From Gracilinanus agilis (Eukaryota): 63,881 nucleotides of DNA. The stretch covers positions 87,563,599 to 87,627,479 of the forward strand of contig NC_058132.1 of the NCBI RefSeq assembly GCF_016433145.1, read 5' to 3'. Made by a program: the position numbers and the translations under genes. A model generated the notes under the pieces. The model saw nothing but the letters and a program-made list of their open reading frames with translations, was not told the origin of the DNA and ran no database searches. This document shows positions 25,458-37,433 of this stretch, one piece after another; positions within the stretch are counted from its first letter, which is position 1, and each line of letters begins with the position of its first letter.

Positions 25458-26307
25458 ACCTTCTTCCTAATGATGGATAGCTGGACTAATTAACTTGTTT
25501 TTGTTTCTTGAACCCTTGTTGTGGCTGTCTACTCATCTCACCTTCCTTTGACACCCTCTCAGGGCTCTGCCAAATGCTGATGATTCTTCTCTTCCAAGAG
25601 CCTTCCTAAGTAACTCCCTTCAAGTTTGCTTATCTTAATCAGTCTAGAACTCATAATATCTATGATGTTTGTAATATCTGTATGCATAAACCAACTAATG
25701 ACAATAAAATCGTTAACTGCTAAGTGCTGGAATCATTTCTGGTGCTGACTATGTCTTTCTGAATTCTTTCCCATCTTGCTTCATTTATCAAGTAAGGAGG
25801 AGGGGGAAGATTAGATGTTTGTTAAAATATTGTTTCTACTCCAGGATTCTGGGTATGTCTCACCTCCTCTATGCAATTTCCAAAACATCAATCAACCCTG
25901 GTGTCTTTCTGACTTTCACATACAATCTAGGGCATTGGGTGGCTCAGTGGAAAGAGAAGTAAGCCTGGAGATGGGAAGTCCTGGGTTCAAATATGACCTC
26001 CAAGAGTTACCTAACTCCAGTTGGGAACCTCACTTTGTGGTGTAAGAGGGGACCATCATCTTCCTCATTTGGGACATTTCACTTCTTGTCATACTCCCTA
26101 AAGCTATATTAGTTTTTGTTTTTGACTTCCATATCAACATTCTGGTTACATTAAACTTAGCAGCAATCGACTAAAACTCCCAGATCTTCTGTGTGATCAT
26201 TTAATATTATAGAATCCCCCTTAATCTTTTACCTGGAAAGTTGATCTTGAAGGCATAGCTGTGAATATGAGTGAATCCATTTACATCTATGCATATATTG
26301 ATGAGAA

Positions 26308-27070
26308 TGTTATATTATTCTAGTCCTGAGCCTCTAGGAACAGAAACATAGTCACAGCCACCTCAACTCTAATGGAGTTTATTAATAACATATAAGCAAT
26401 ATGACACATACACACAAGTATGTATATACACCTACATGTAAGCTGGCAATATCAAGCTCATACGAGTTTACAGACACATTTACAGGTCCATAGAGAACAG
26501 ACACCCAGCTTATGGATTAGGAATGACTTTCTAAAATTTTGTTTGCTGGTTTACCTTCATTACACTACATAAAATATTCTAAGAATCCCGAGGAAGTTGA
26601 TACGGAGAAGCCCTAGTCTCTGGCTGAAACACAGAATGATTTGAAGCAGTTAAATCCATGGTGATCGCTATCTTAATATTCCTCACTGGATATAGGGAGT
26701 CCTGCCCTCTACCATTTTCTTTTCTTCAGATTCCATCTACCTTCAGCCTTCTTACAACCCAGGGAATGACACTCACCTGCCTTTGATTTTAGTGTTAAGC
26801 ACAGATGGGGAGGCAGCTTGTAATGGAGCCAGGGAACATAAAGAGAAAATAGGTTGGATACACACGGGTGGAGATGGACAAATAACAGTCAAATAAAAAA
26901 AGAACATATAAAAGGAGAAATGAATGTAAGGCAGATGGAAATTTACTCATAACCAGAAAGAAAGACATTTCCATTTATCTCTCTCTGTAGTGCCCCTCTG
27001 GGAGTAGGGCTAGCAAGGTGTCTTGGTCCCCAATTCCCAGGATGCATTAGGGATGAAATCAAATTATTGT
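26308..27070 (-). mobile_element. ERV LTR (paralogue of 50172-50962, missing its terminal ~37 nt)
   Basis: Starts tgttata; minus-strand AATAAA at gtttattaat; near-identical to the 50172 copy. Confidence 0.6.
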
Positions 27071-27074
27071 ACAC

Positions 27075-27470
27075 AATCTTTCTTAATGTAGCCCAAGACA
27101 ACAATAAATTTCTTGGATTCTGCCTTTCTGTTATATCCTGAACCAGACTGTTGGCTCTTTTTCAACTTAGAGTCCACTAAACTCTCTGCTTCTTGTTCAG
27201 ACAGACTATTGTCTACTGAAAATTCTTTCACTTTGAACTTGTGAAGCTGATTTTTTTGAAGTAAAGGATTAGAAATTTACATTTATTCCAATAGACCTCA
27301 TATGAAGTTCAGTCCATGATAGTAGTTTTTCCAGATAATTTTGGATCTGGATACATTCACTGTTGAACCCAAAGTTCCAAATTTTGTGTTATTGTAAAAA
27401 TTTTCCAAGTTCCTGATAAAAAATGCTGAAGGAAGGCAAGGTTGAATATAGATTCAAGGCAACTCCCTTC
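27075..27470 (-). mobile_element. L3/CR1 fragment
   Basis: agagtccactaaactctc...cttgtgaagctgatttttt...tttacatttattcc...ttggatctgg. Confidence 0.7.
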
Positions 27471-28439
27471 AAGCATAAGAGGTTAAGTGACTTGCCCAAG
27501 GTCAAACAGCTAGGAAATGTCTGATTCTAGATTTGAACTTAAGTCTTCTTAATTCTAAGTCTAGTGCTCTTAGTTACCTCTTTATAAGTGGAAAATGAGG
27601 AAACTAAAGCAAACCGAATCAAATGACTTGCCCAGGGTTACTCAACTCCTAAGTATGTGAAGTTAGATTTGAACTCAGGTCTTCTTCATTCATTCCAGGC
27701 CTGGAGCTCTATAATTTGGACCACCTACTTTCCTATATACATAAATACATACACACACACACACACACACACACATTATCGTTGGAAGACAAGTGAGAAA
27801 CATGGTCTTTTAGTAGAATCTTTGGACCCCATCAAGACCAATATAGTTTAGCAAAGCTCTATGCTGGTTTTTGTGATCTGAAAATCAGGTCACAGAATGG
27901 ATCGCCTATCCAAAAAATCTTTGACCCCTCTCTATCGCTCCTTTCATTATTGAAAACACATGCAAATATGGTCCTATCCACTTTCAATCACAAGCAGCCT
28001 AGATGTTCTTCTTGAGAATAAATCATCTTCCCTGATCTCCTGGCTGTTTTTCCCAAACTCTATTTTGCTCATTCTTTGTAGTATTATTGGGATTCTTGAA
28101 TTTTATGAAAATAGTAAGCATCTTGAATTTCTATATTCCTCTTTTTATGGAATATGCCACAAAAGAAGCTTTTTCCCCAGTGAAAACTTTTAAATTTAGC
28201 AAACATTTTTTTATTATTATTATGTGTTTTAAAACAAGATATACTCTATTAAGTATTTGTCTTCAAATATCTTATTTTATCTGATCTTTAAAAATTCATA
28301 ATCTAAAGCACTCAGTTTAAAAAGATCATTATTTTTAAACAGCATTTCTGATAGAGTGATTTTCAAATTAAAAGATTCTTTTTTTTTTTTTAAAGGTTTC
28401 CCCCTAACCAGCCCTACAACCTCTTCCAATAGTCAGATG

Positions 28440-29191
28440 TCATTGTGTACTCTTTGGAGAAAACAAGAGGAGAATCTTATCACGAATTTGCTTTGTCTTT
28501 ACTCCATAGACAATGAGATTGAGAGCTAGAGGAAGAACAACATAAAAGTTGGCAAATAGGATGAGGACATGACATAGGACATCATGTCCAAAGCTATGAG
28601 CAAGGACTGAGAAGAAGGCAGGGGTATAGAACATGAGGATGACACAGACATGAGATCCACAAGTTCCAAGAGCTTTCTGGCAGGCACTACAAGAAGGGAG
28701 CAAGAAAATATCTGGCAAGATGACACAGAAGCTCCTGATGATGATTCCCACCACAATCTTGGTGATGACCTGGTGGGTCTGGTGGTGTATCTCAGTGGGG
28801 AGCAGATGGCCACATAGTGGTCATAAGCCATAGCCAAGAGTATTGTAAAATCTACAACATAGCTGAAATGGAGGAAGAACATCTGGGTGAGGCAACCTGA
28901 GAAGGTGATTTTCTTGTCACTAAACCAGAGATTACTGAGTAATTTGGGAATTGTTGTAGTTGACAGAATGAGGTCAGTTTTGGCCAGCATGGACAGGAAA
29001 AAGAACATAGGCTCATGGAGGCTGTGCTCCACAGCAATGAGGTACAGCAGGACACAGTTACCCACAATGGTCACAAGATAGATAGCACAGAAGGGAATCG
29101 CAATCCAGATGTGGAACTTCTCAAGCCCTGGGATCCCCACTAAGATAAAGAAGCTGGGGTTATAGCTGCTCAGGTTGAACGTGGCCATCAT
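28440..29191 (-). pseudogene. OR52H pseudogene, duplicate of 52824-53774
   Basis: 4-nt deletion at 28779/28780 (frameshift after YTT), 195-nt in-frame deletion near 28700, DRY changed to DHY, PALNP changed to LALNL. Confidence 0.93.
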
Positions 29192-29683
29192 GACTTCAGA
29201 GAAGGTGATCCTTGGACACTGAAGAGAAACCAAATGCCAGAATTAACTGCCAGAGTTGATGGGAGCCTTGTAGAATATGCCAGTGTCAGGTTTTTTCTAT
29301 ATGCTTAGAGGGCTCTTCCACAATGGAAAGAATTCTGTAAAAGGGTGGTACATTGAAGATCTGACAACTCATTGCTAACCTGGGCACTTTGCAGGAGAAG
29401 TAGAATAACTGGGGAGGGTATTTTGTGTCCCAGCAGAGGAAAAGTGTGCCAAATCGAGTAATGGGAGTCAATTATAAATGCATACATATATACATATTTA
29501 TCAATATATAATATATAAAGTGCTATTCATAGATACTGCACATTTTTGTATATATTGTATATAAAATGCTATCCACATGCATATATACATATGTATGCAT
29601 GTCAGTGCCTATATATTATGTATACATATAAAATATTATTCAACTACAAATACATAAATATATATATATACATATATATATAG

Positions 29684-30290
29684 TGATAATTAGATTAAGT
29701 CTACACTGCCCATCTTTAGATTTAATCACCAAAGGTGAGAACACCTCTAATTCTGGGAGGTCCCTAACCCATGTGTGCTAGAGTGAGGGACAAATCATAA
29801 TCAACTGACTGCCCCCTAGGCAGTACTATGAAAAAGTGTCTATTGTGATTGGAAATACAAATTAGATGGGAGACACAGGAAGTGATGCATAAGTGCAGAA
29901 GTGACCCCTTTAAAAAGAGGGAGTTGAATGAGTGAGAGATGTTCAGTTGAAGAGGGCATCTGGTGATGGACGTCTTTGGTTTGTGGAGGAGTTTTGGAAC
30001 TCTAAGACCCTGGTGAACCTGCTTTAAATATCTTCTTTGAATTCCATGTGGTGAGTTTAAAAACAGACTGAATCTTCCTGAACTTCTCTTAAGAAACTTC
30101 TTTTAATAGACTCTGTGAATGAAGTTTTGCTTCATTCACCTCCGGGCCTCTAGCCCACTGACTCTCCACTAGCCTAGCAAAACATTGGTTTTGCTCTCTC
30201 TCTTCTATCTCTTCTACTTATCTCTTATCTCTAACTATTGTAGTTAGACCTTTAGGGGTACATTTTTCTCCCTAATACACAAAACAGAAG
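29684..30290 (+). mobile_element. ERV solo LTR
   Basis: gtgataattagattaagt start; tgattgg, ggaagtga and tttaaaaag promoter-like core; ctctctctcttctatctc R-region; absent from duplicon copy B. Confidence 0.6.
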
Positions 30291-30459
30291 TAAACACATA
30301 GGGATTATTTTAAAAAGACATCTTTAATAGAATTGACTTGGGGGTAGCTTATGATGTTTCATGAAGAGAAGCTGATCTTTCACTGAACCTAAGAGAAGAG
30401 TGGATAGATTCCCTTAGATATTTTGAACTTATCTGTCAGACTTTGAAAATAACTCTTTT

Positions 30460-30645
30460 TTTTTAAATTTTAAACCCTTAACTTCTGTGTATTGACTTAT
30501 AGTTGGAAGATTGGTAAGGGTAGGCAATGGGGTCAAGTGACTTGCCCAGGGTCACACAGCTGGGAAGTGTCTGAGGCCGGATTTGAACCTAGGACCTCCT
30601 GTCTCTAGGCCTGGCTCTCAATCCACTGAGCTACCTAACTGCCCC
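30460..30645 (-). mobile_element. Young SINE1_Mdo, full length
   Basis: 16-bp TSD tgaaaataactctttt at 30444-30459 and 30646-30661. Confidence 0.95.
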
Positions 30646-31429
30646 TGAAAATAACTCTTTTGGGATTCAGGATGCAGGAAAGTATCCCTGAAGCTGAGAA
30701 GCAGCATTTAACCTGGTTTAGGACAAAGGACTGGAAAGGGTTAGAAGGAGGAATTTCTAAAGAGTCCTGAGGTGAACAGAACCTACTTTAAAATTACTGA
30801 ATGCCCAGGTGATTGGTTTAATTACCACTTATCCTTCCTTGGTTCATTTACTATTTATAGCCAAGTGTTCTCCTTAGGTCTAAGTTGCTAGATCTCTGCT
30901 GCCATCCAGAAGCATTGTCTCTTGCTCAGTTAGCACCACACTTAGAAAACACATATATACTTTAAAAGGCTTGTTGAATTGACTTCTTGCAGGACCTGAA
31001 TGCAGGTAAGTTTCCCCTGATTCTCACCAGTTGGAAAGGGAAGGCAAGGACCTAGAGAAGAAGGGAGTGAAGACATAGGACAGTGCTGTTATCTAGTCTT
31101 CCTGAACCATGCAAGGGTAGGTAGACATTTACATAGTACTATGATGTATGGGGTACCAAGAAGACCTTTCTGGATGTCCAATATATTCCTCACCATGACT
31201 GAAAATCCACAATGAGTTCTAGGTTAGATCCATCCCTCTGGATTAAACATTGCCTGCTGCACTTTACTCTTTTAAAAGCCAGATTTCTGTGGGACAGACC
31301 TTGGGTCTGGTGATATATGTTAATTATTAGTTATTTATTAGTTAATTATTAGACTATTAAATGAGAAATTTCAGTAGAGTTAACACAATAAAACCGAATA
31401 GCCCAATATCAAGGATTCAGTCAGGTTAA

Positions 31430-31700
31430 GCCAAGTAAACAACCATTTATTAAGCACCCATTATATGTCAGATAGTGTGCCAAAAATTAGTGTTACTAGG
31501 AAAGTAAAAAACACAAAAACAATCCCTGTCCTCAAAGAATTCACAATCTAACAAGGGAGTCAAAGTACAAAAAATTTTCTGCAAACAATACCTGTATACA
31601 TATAGGAAGGCTCTTTTAAAGATAATCTAGAAGGAATGACATTCACATTAAGATGCACTGGGAAAGGCTTGTTGCAAAAGATTTAATTTTAACTGTAAGT
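31430..31700 (-). mobile_element. L2 3' fragment
   Basis: catttattaagcaccc...aatccctgtcctcaaagaattcacaatctaa. Confidence 0.7.
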
Positions 31701-32911
31701 TGCAGCTGGTATGCAATTAGAGGAAGAGAGTGATTCATAAAGAGAAGAGTGAAAATTGCAAGGGGGAATGAATAGCAAGGTAAAAAGAAAAGCTCTTTAT
31801 TTTGTTTAAAGATTGGGGAGACATAAATGTGTTTGGAGGTCAGAGTAAAAGGAGTAGTTGGTGGCAGTTAGGGATATTGAAGTCTCATGAGTGATGAGAA
31901 AATTGAACAGCTGAAGTTCAGAAGTAGGAGGTGAGATCAAAGGCACAGATGTAACAATTAGCACTAAGGAGAAAAAATCATCTCTTCATTATCTGACAGA
32001 GAAAAATTGTAGTCATTGAAGTCTTAGTATATACAGTTCCAAGAAAGCATGAAGAAGTCAGGGCTGAAAGTAGGGGAGGGAACTGAGAGGCTTAAGTAGG
32101 AAAGAATAAATTATTATGGTGGTTGGGTGGGTAGATGTGTGGCACAACCAGCACATTCTCTCCCATTCCTTTGCCCCTGAATTGAGGTTGAAAAATCCCA
32201 ACCTAACCAAACCATGGGGCAGTATAAGGGTAATGTCTGCTTACACTTTGAATCTTAAACACTATTATTTGGGCTGCAAAAACAAATTTCACAACTTTAG
32301 AACAAGAATGAATTAAAATTAAAATCCTACCTGAGAAGAAAAAAGAAAATATTATGAAAAGAGAATAAAGGAAAAGTTAATATCTTGTGGTCCTGAAGTA
32401 CCAGAAGTAAATTAGGACTTCTTGAAAAATTAGCTATTCAACTTTTATCATATTATCTTTTACTCTTTGCATGTTCCCTGATAAACCACCCCCAAATACC
32501 TAAAAGTAAGTTCTCTTTAATACTTGAAAGATTGGTTTGTTTTCAGGCAGTGGTGTAAACTCTGGGATGAAGATAACCTTGTCATCTTTTCCATGAAGAG
32601 TCCTTGGGATTTGTATATATAGGTAAACTAAGAAAAGTGAAACATGAAGAGGCTAATGAAAAAACAAAACAAAACTGAGACTGGTAGTGTTTGGTAGAAT
32701 AGAGTAACAAAGTAAAAGGTACTTTTCACCACCAGACAATATCAAAGGAACTAAAATGTTTGAGGAAATAATATTTAACAGCACCACCTGTTCCGTGTCT
32801 CTATTCTCTTTTTGTGGTTGTTCTTTTCATCCTACTTCTCTCTATGACTTTTAAGGGACCTTGTGCTTTCATCTACTTCATCTGTTATACCCACTTTCCT
32901 GAGCTGTTCAG

Positions 32912-32949
32912 AGATTAATCACTGATCCCAAGGGAAAGTGAATTAATCA
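32912..32949. promoter_or_regulatory. Perfect O/E (EBF) site flanked by two homeodomain sites; candidate OR52A5 promoter
   Basis: gATTAATcactgaTCCCAAGGGAaagtgaATTAATca, in non-repeat DNA 3.5 kb upstream of the + strand OR. Confidence 0.5.
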
Positions 32950-33740
32950 TTTGTCTTCCTCTTCTCACTCGAGCTGCAAATCATAAAGATCAGAGCTTTA
33001 TTCTGAAGACATGCAGCTTTATTGGAAAAAAATAAATCAGTATAACATGCATTTATTTTCTCTTTCTCCTATGATCTCAGGCTGAAGTGACCTGAGCTTA
33101 GGGTTCAGGTGTGATCTTCTGATCCTAAAATAACATGTTATTCCCATACAGGTATTGAGAAATTCTATTAATCCCTTCAGTTTTGCATATGTAGTTATGA
33201 GACCCCTGAAATTTGTTGTAACAGTCCACATTGCTCTCTTTTATGCCCATAACTCCCTACCTCTTGTGCCGTAGAGGCAGAATTAGCTTGTGAATTTTGT
33301 AAAACTTCATAGTTGAAGTCAGATTACTTGTTTCCTTTATTTTAGATAAGTCATTTAGTCTTTCTGAGTCTCAGTTTCTTCCTTTGTAAAATAAGGGTTT
33401 AAACTAAATGATATCTTAGATCCCTTCTTATTCAAAATCTATAATCCTATGGATCCCAGTAGATACTGTAAGCTTTGGGTAGATTAGAGGAATCCTGGTA
33501 GTATTTATCTTCCATCAATCTTGTAGTTAAGAAGGATGAGTAGCCTTTCTTTCTTTTCTCCCTTACTTTCTCTTAAACACTTTCTGTTATGTAAAGGTCT
33601 AGTTCTCCCTGCACTTTTAAGGTGATGTAAACAGAGGAAGGAGTGTTTAGATAATATGTCAGTTTCCTGTGTTCAATCCTTTAACGTTAACTGATGATAT
33701 ACAAAACTTTGGTAGTACATAACACATATCACAGAGTTCT

Positions 33741-33750
33741 TCCCCAGGGA
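33741..33750. promoter_or_regulatory. Second perfect O/E site upstream of OR52A5
   Basis: TCCCCAGGGA fits TCCCNNGGGA. Confidence 0.3.
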
Positions 33751-33784
33751 CAGGAGGTACAGAGCAAAACCAGTCATTTATTAA

Positions 33785-33995
33785 GAGTTCTAGAAACCGG
33801 GAAGATTTATTTGCCTTCAAGTTCTACTTCTGACACCTCCTGACTCAAGTCACAGAGGGTAAATCACAATCTCTCAGTGCTTTAGACAATTTTCTAAAAT
33901 CTAAGCTGCAGAGAAGTTGGGAGCCTTACCTGGTAGAAGGAATTTCCACACTTGATAGTTCATTCATTAAACCACTGAAATCACAGGTCCAGTCC
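33785..33995 (+). mobile_element. Marsupial MIR3/Mar3-type SINE
   Basis: gggtaaatcacaatctctcagtgctttagacaattttctaa...ctgaaatcacaggtccagtcc. Confidence 0.6.
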
Positions 33996-34019
33996 CTCCC
34001 CTTATCCTATTATTTGTCA

Positions 34020-34660
34020 GGTATTGTGTAATAAGCACTGGAAAAACAAAGTCAAAATGAACTAATCTCTGCCCTAAAGCTGCTTACATTCAAATTTAAG
34101 GGATAATATGCTGGTGTAGAGCTATACATAAAATATATTTTAAAAAATAGAGAAGGCACCTTTGGGTAGGTGGATGGAGCAACCCAGAAAAGCAACTTGT
34201 TGAACCATATCATTGAGTAAAATCATGAAGGAAATTAGGGATTCCAAGAGTAGTAGATGAGGAAGGATAGGATTTTAACTTTAGGGGACAGTTAGTGCCA
34301 AGGCACAGAGGGGAGAGGGAGTGCTGGGAAAAGGAATATTAAGAAAGCCTAGATATTTGAGGGTATGGAATGGTATAATGTTCAACAAAATTCAAAAGGT
34401 AGGATGGAGTCTGGTTGTGAAAAGCTTTAAATGTCAACTAGCGGATTATATATTGGATCACAGAAGCTAGAGTACTGAGTAGGGATTGGACATGGAAAGA
34501 TCAGCACTTTAGGAAAATCATTTTGGCAACTACATGGAAGATAAGTTGGATCGAGGTGAGACTTGAATTAGTCAGTCAATTAGCATTTATAAAGCACTTT
34601 TTCCAAGCACTTTAAATGCTGGGGATACATTTCTTGCTCTTGAAGAGCTCCCAGTATAAG
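34020..34660 (-). mobile_element. L2 fragments
   Basis: aatctctgccctaaagctgcttacattc; gctttaaatgtcaacta; tagtcagtcaattagcatttataaagcac. Confidence 0.65.
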
Positions 34661-36029
34661 GTGAGAGACATTCCTCCTCTCTATGGTTTGGACTGATAAG
34701 CAAATCAATATAAATTTACTAAGTAGGAAAACTCTTAATATTCCAATGAATCTCTTGATTAACTCAGGAAATTATACACTCCTCCAGCATCATGATCCCA
34801 CTCTAGAGGTTGACTTCCTTCAAAAAAGAAACACTCTTGACATTTCTAGACAGGAATTCCCCTTTTTAGGAGGCCCACACTATCTGAATAATTCATAGCA
34901 ATAATATATGACTCAGTCCATCTTATTTGCTCCTCATCTCATGGATATTCTTTTCTTCCAGATCAATGGATTATATTTTCAATATTCCTTTCAACAAGGA
35001 GTGGTCCTACCCAAGAACTCTGTTCTTTCCAGACATTTGGTATCTTCAACTCAAACACAGATTTGAGAGAAAAACAACTCAGAGACAGTTCTGGATCAGA
35101 AATTCCCCTTCTTTAGAAATTCTCTAGCAGGCTGTTTCAATATCTCCAGTGATTATTGATATGTTTCCCATTCCATTGTAGCCAAGTGGAGGGGAGCAAA
35201 TGTTATCACTGCTTCTTTTGGCCTGGGTCCACATACTCAGATCCTAGAAAATCAAGATGTAGGTGCTTTCTATAACCTACCACTGACCCTGCTCTTACAA
35301 TCTCTTGGTCAGAGAAGTAGTCAACTCAGGAGATGGTTGGTCAGTTTCTGGTTGGCTTTGCTAATATAATGTGTTTCCCAAAGACCAAAGTCCCTTCTCA
35401 TGTGTCTGGTCTCTGACATAAAGGAAAAGGGAGTTAGGGGGAAAAGTCCATTTAGCCTATTTTCCCCTATTTATAGGATCTACACTAATAGGTAGGTAAT
35501 ACTTAATACACAAAATCAAAGTATTCATTCCCAATACAGATATTCAATCACTAACCCTCCATGAGATGTATATAACATTAGAATTTACAATTGCCAATGA
35601 TTATATCCATATGCTTCACAGAATTGGATAAGTGATGATTATTACATGCACACTGATAAATTGGAACACATTAGAAAGAAGCAAACCAAATGGTGAGGAG
35701 AAAGGAAGCTACAGAAAAAGATAAATTCAAGAAACTGCTTATGGTTACTTGGGTAAAAGAATATGAGAAGCAATATTGCACAATGGATAGAGTAATCCAG
35801 TGAGACCTGGGTTCAAGTTATGCTTCAACATACTTATTATAAGACAATGGAAAAGTCATTTAACTTTTTTTTTTGCCTTAGTCAATAGTATAGAATATTA
35901 GTTGTGAAGTACTTACCTCTTGGCAATACAAAAGGTAATTACTGTTTTATAATTTTCATGATAGCAATGAAAATGTAGTTATTGATCAAAAAAGAGACTT
36001 TATAATTCTTTTCACATATTTGAAAGCTT

Positions 36030-36300
36030 TTAATGAAGAAGAATTAAACTTGATCTATTGGGTCCCAGAGAGCAGAATTAAAAACATGGATAGAGATTTC
36101 AAAGATGAAAATTTAAGTTTGATATGAAGAGAAAAAAATCTTAATAATTAAAGAAGTAGAATGGGTGACCTTGGGAAACAGTGAGTACCTCCTTACTGGA
36201 AGTCTTCAAGCAAAAGATAGAAGACTACTTGCTCTGAGTTTAGTAAAGGGGTTTGCATGTAGATTATGCTTGATGACCTCAGGATTTTTCAGTCCCATGT
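36030..36300 (+). mobile_element. L3/CR1 3' end (paralogue at 40880-41170)
   Basis: ccttactggaagtcttcaagcaaaagatag...gatgacctcagg. Confidence 0.65.
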
Positions 36301-36440
36301 TAATTTGTTTATGAAATGCATTTACAAATCATATGAGTATATACTTTTCTGGTTTTCTAGTCAACAGATCAGAAGAGGAAAGATTAACCTCAACTGGAAG
36401 CCTTGGAGCACTTTACTGATGTACTTTAGCCTTCATACTA

Positions 36441-37368
36441 ATGGCCAATGGCACAATCTTCATGCCATCTCTGCTTTTTCTGATTGGGATACCTGGCCTA
36501 GAGACTGTGCAGTGCTGGATTGGAATTCCATTCTGTGCCATGTATGTCATTGCCATGGTTGGAAATTATCTGCTCCTGTTCATCATTCGATCTGAGAGCA
36601 GTCTCCACAAGCCCATGTACCTCTTCTTGGCCATGTTGGGAGTCACTGATATTGCCCTCAGTACTTGCATCCTCCCCAAGATGTTGGGCATCTTCTGGTT
36701 TCATCTGAAGGAAATCAACTTTGAGGCTTGTCTGCTGCAAATGTGGCTCATTCATACATTCCAGTCCATAGAGTCAGGCATCTTATTGGCCATGGCTCTG
36801 GACCGGTATGTGGCCATCTGTGATCCCCTCAGGCACACCACTATTTTCACCCCACAACTCCTCACTCAGATTGGGGTTGGGGTGACTTTACGGGCTGCTA
36901 TCCTGGTGGCCCCATGCCTTGTGCTTATCAAATGCCGCCTGAAACATTACCGAACCACCATCATCTCCCACACTTACTGTGAGCACATGGCCATTGTAAA
37001 ACTGGCTGCTGATGACATCCGGGTCAACAAGGCCTATGGTTTGTTTGTGGCCTTTACTATCCTGGGCTTTGACATTGTCTTCATTACTCTGTCCTACATT
37101 TTGATCTTCATAGCAGTGTTCCGTTTACCCCAGAAAGAGGCTCGGCTCAAAGCCTTCAACACCTGCATTGCTCACATCTTTGTTTTCCTTGAATTCTATC
37201 TCCTTGCTTTCTTCTCTTTTTTCACTCATAGGTTTGGATTCCATATCCCCCCCTATGTCCACATCCTTCTCTCTAACCTTTATCTATTGGTTCCACCTCT
37301 TCTCAACCCCATTGTCTATGGAGTCAAGACCAAGGAAATTAGGAATCGCATCATCAAAATGCTCCACN

Positions 37369-37409
<41 letters not shown>

Positions 37410-37433
37410 AGGAATCTTTCATGCCACTGTTAG
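36441..37433 (+). CDS. OR52A5: Olfactory receptor, class I, OR52A5-like; 7TM intact, C-terminus uncertain
   Basis: VQCWIGIPF, TCILPKMLGIFWFHL, LKHYRTT, KAFNTCIAHI, HILLSNLYLLVPP match recalled human OR52A5; N at 37368 followed by (CT)n. Confidence 0.88.
37369..37407. repeat. (CT)19C microsatellite directly after a 1-N gap, inside the OR reading frame
   Basis: Direct inspection. Confidence 0.9.

Larger units (their letters stand above)
26300..29680. repeat. Segmental duplicon, copy A (LTR + L3 + MIR + OR52H pseudogene + upstream)
   Basis: Collinear match to 50165-54225 across repeats, coding and intronic sequence. Confidence 0.92.

Noticed and set aside
27838-27895. aatatagtttagcaaa...tgtgatctgaaaat, resembling mt-tRNA-His
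   Set aside because: The match is short and gapped, has no cloverleaf and no adjoining mitochondrial sequence; likely chance.
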